A stretch of 64,000 nt of DNA from Cenococcum geophilum (Eukaryota). Location: the NCBI GenBank assembly GCA_050273025.1, contig CP158635.1, forward strand, positions 18,166,001 to 18,230,000, written 5' to 3'. Position 1 is the stretch's first letter. The number at the start of each line of letters is the position of its first letter. Made by a program: the position numbers and the translations under genes. Positions 63,798-64,000 of this stretch are shown here, piece by piece. The notes beneath the pieces were generated by a model. The model did no database searches, was not told the DNA's origin, and saw only the letters and a program-made list of their open reading frames with translations.

Positions 63798-64000
63798 GTA
63801 AGATATACCGGCTAGGCCAATTTATCACTATAGTATATTATTAGCTAGGTCTTATTAACTACTATAAGTATAGGAACTACTATAGCACCGCTAGGAAGCT
63901 TGCCTTATATCTTTTACCACTAATCACCGCTATATAGCTTATTATAAACATAGTGGTTTTCGGCATTATAGAGTCTCTTTAGTATATATACCAGTGCATC

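Larger units (their letters stand above)
36050..64000. other. AT-rich, RIP-mutated transposon block
   Basis: Abrupt loss of ORFs and a strong TpA excess with CpA/TpG depletion. TE reading frames are full of TAA/TAG at positions where Gln/Trp are expected. Confidence 0.95.
54607..64000 (-). mobile_element. Plavaka (CMC/CACTA-related) DNA transposon, RIPped, interrupted by a Copia element; 5' part runs off the window end
   Basis: YNKLYSGD*W*KI*GKLPSGAIVVPILIVVNKT*L...A*PVYL|TIGNLNRQVRRR (family pattern GDWWW..Q..LP.GATVVP...DKTQL...WPVYLTIGN); DYKEQ..HCTMC; DVLY*LLKG; FNIPKFHALVHFKENICLYGCVDG...EAGH. Coding relic spans ~55215-57379 and 63803-64000. Confidence 0.9.

Noticed and set aside
36050..64000. 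Centromere or subtelomere assignment for the AT-rich block
   Set aside because: No TTAGGG arrays are present and an intact gene lies inside; it cannot be distinguished from an ordinary RIP isochore without CENP-A or Hi-C data.

Overview
Filamentous ascomycete DNA (Pezizomycotina; Dothideomycete-like is my inference) in two sharply different compartments. Bases 1 to ~36,000 are a gene-dense block of intron-containing housekeeping genes: a frameshifted Git3/Gpr1-type GPCR, YUH1, a SUN-domain protein, GAL10, ARC1, NOP53, YPT6, TOM20, EXO84, a tandem-repeat Myb-like protein, MTR3, ANP1, GEA2, a GH72 gel2-like gene and ZTA1. This block is interrupted at 20.5-22.6 kb by three non-autonomous DNA transposons nested inside each other. 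From ~36,050 to the end the sequence is an AT/TpA-rich, RIP-mutated transposon block: pogo/Fot1 remnants, fold-back MITEs, a Tad1-like LINE, several Ty3/Gypsy fragments and solo LTRs, and a Plavaka transposase split by a complete GalEa-type Copia element with both LTRs and a 5-bp TSD. One intact, un-RIPped gene sits alone in this block (47,512-48,623). It encodes a 353-aa secreted protein with an N-terminal domain I recognise from bacterial surface proteins and a Cys-rich C-terminal domain, and is the best candidate for novel biology here. All calls come from manual reading; no searches were run.
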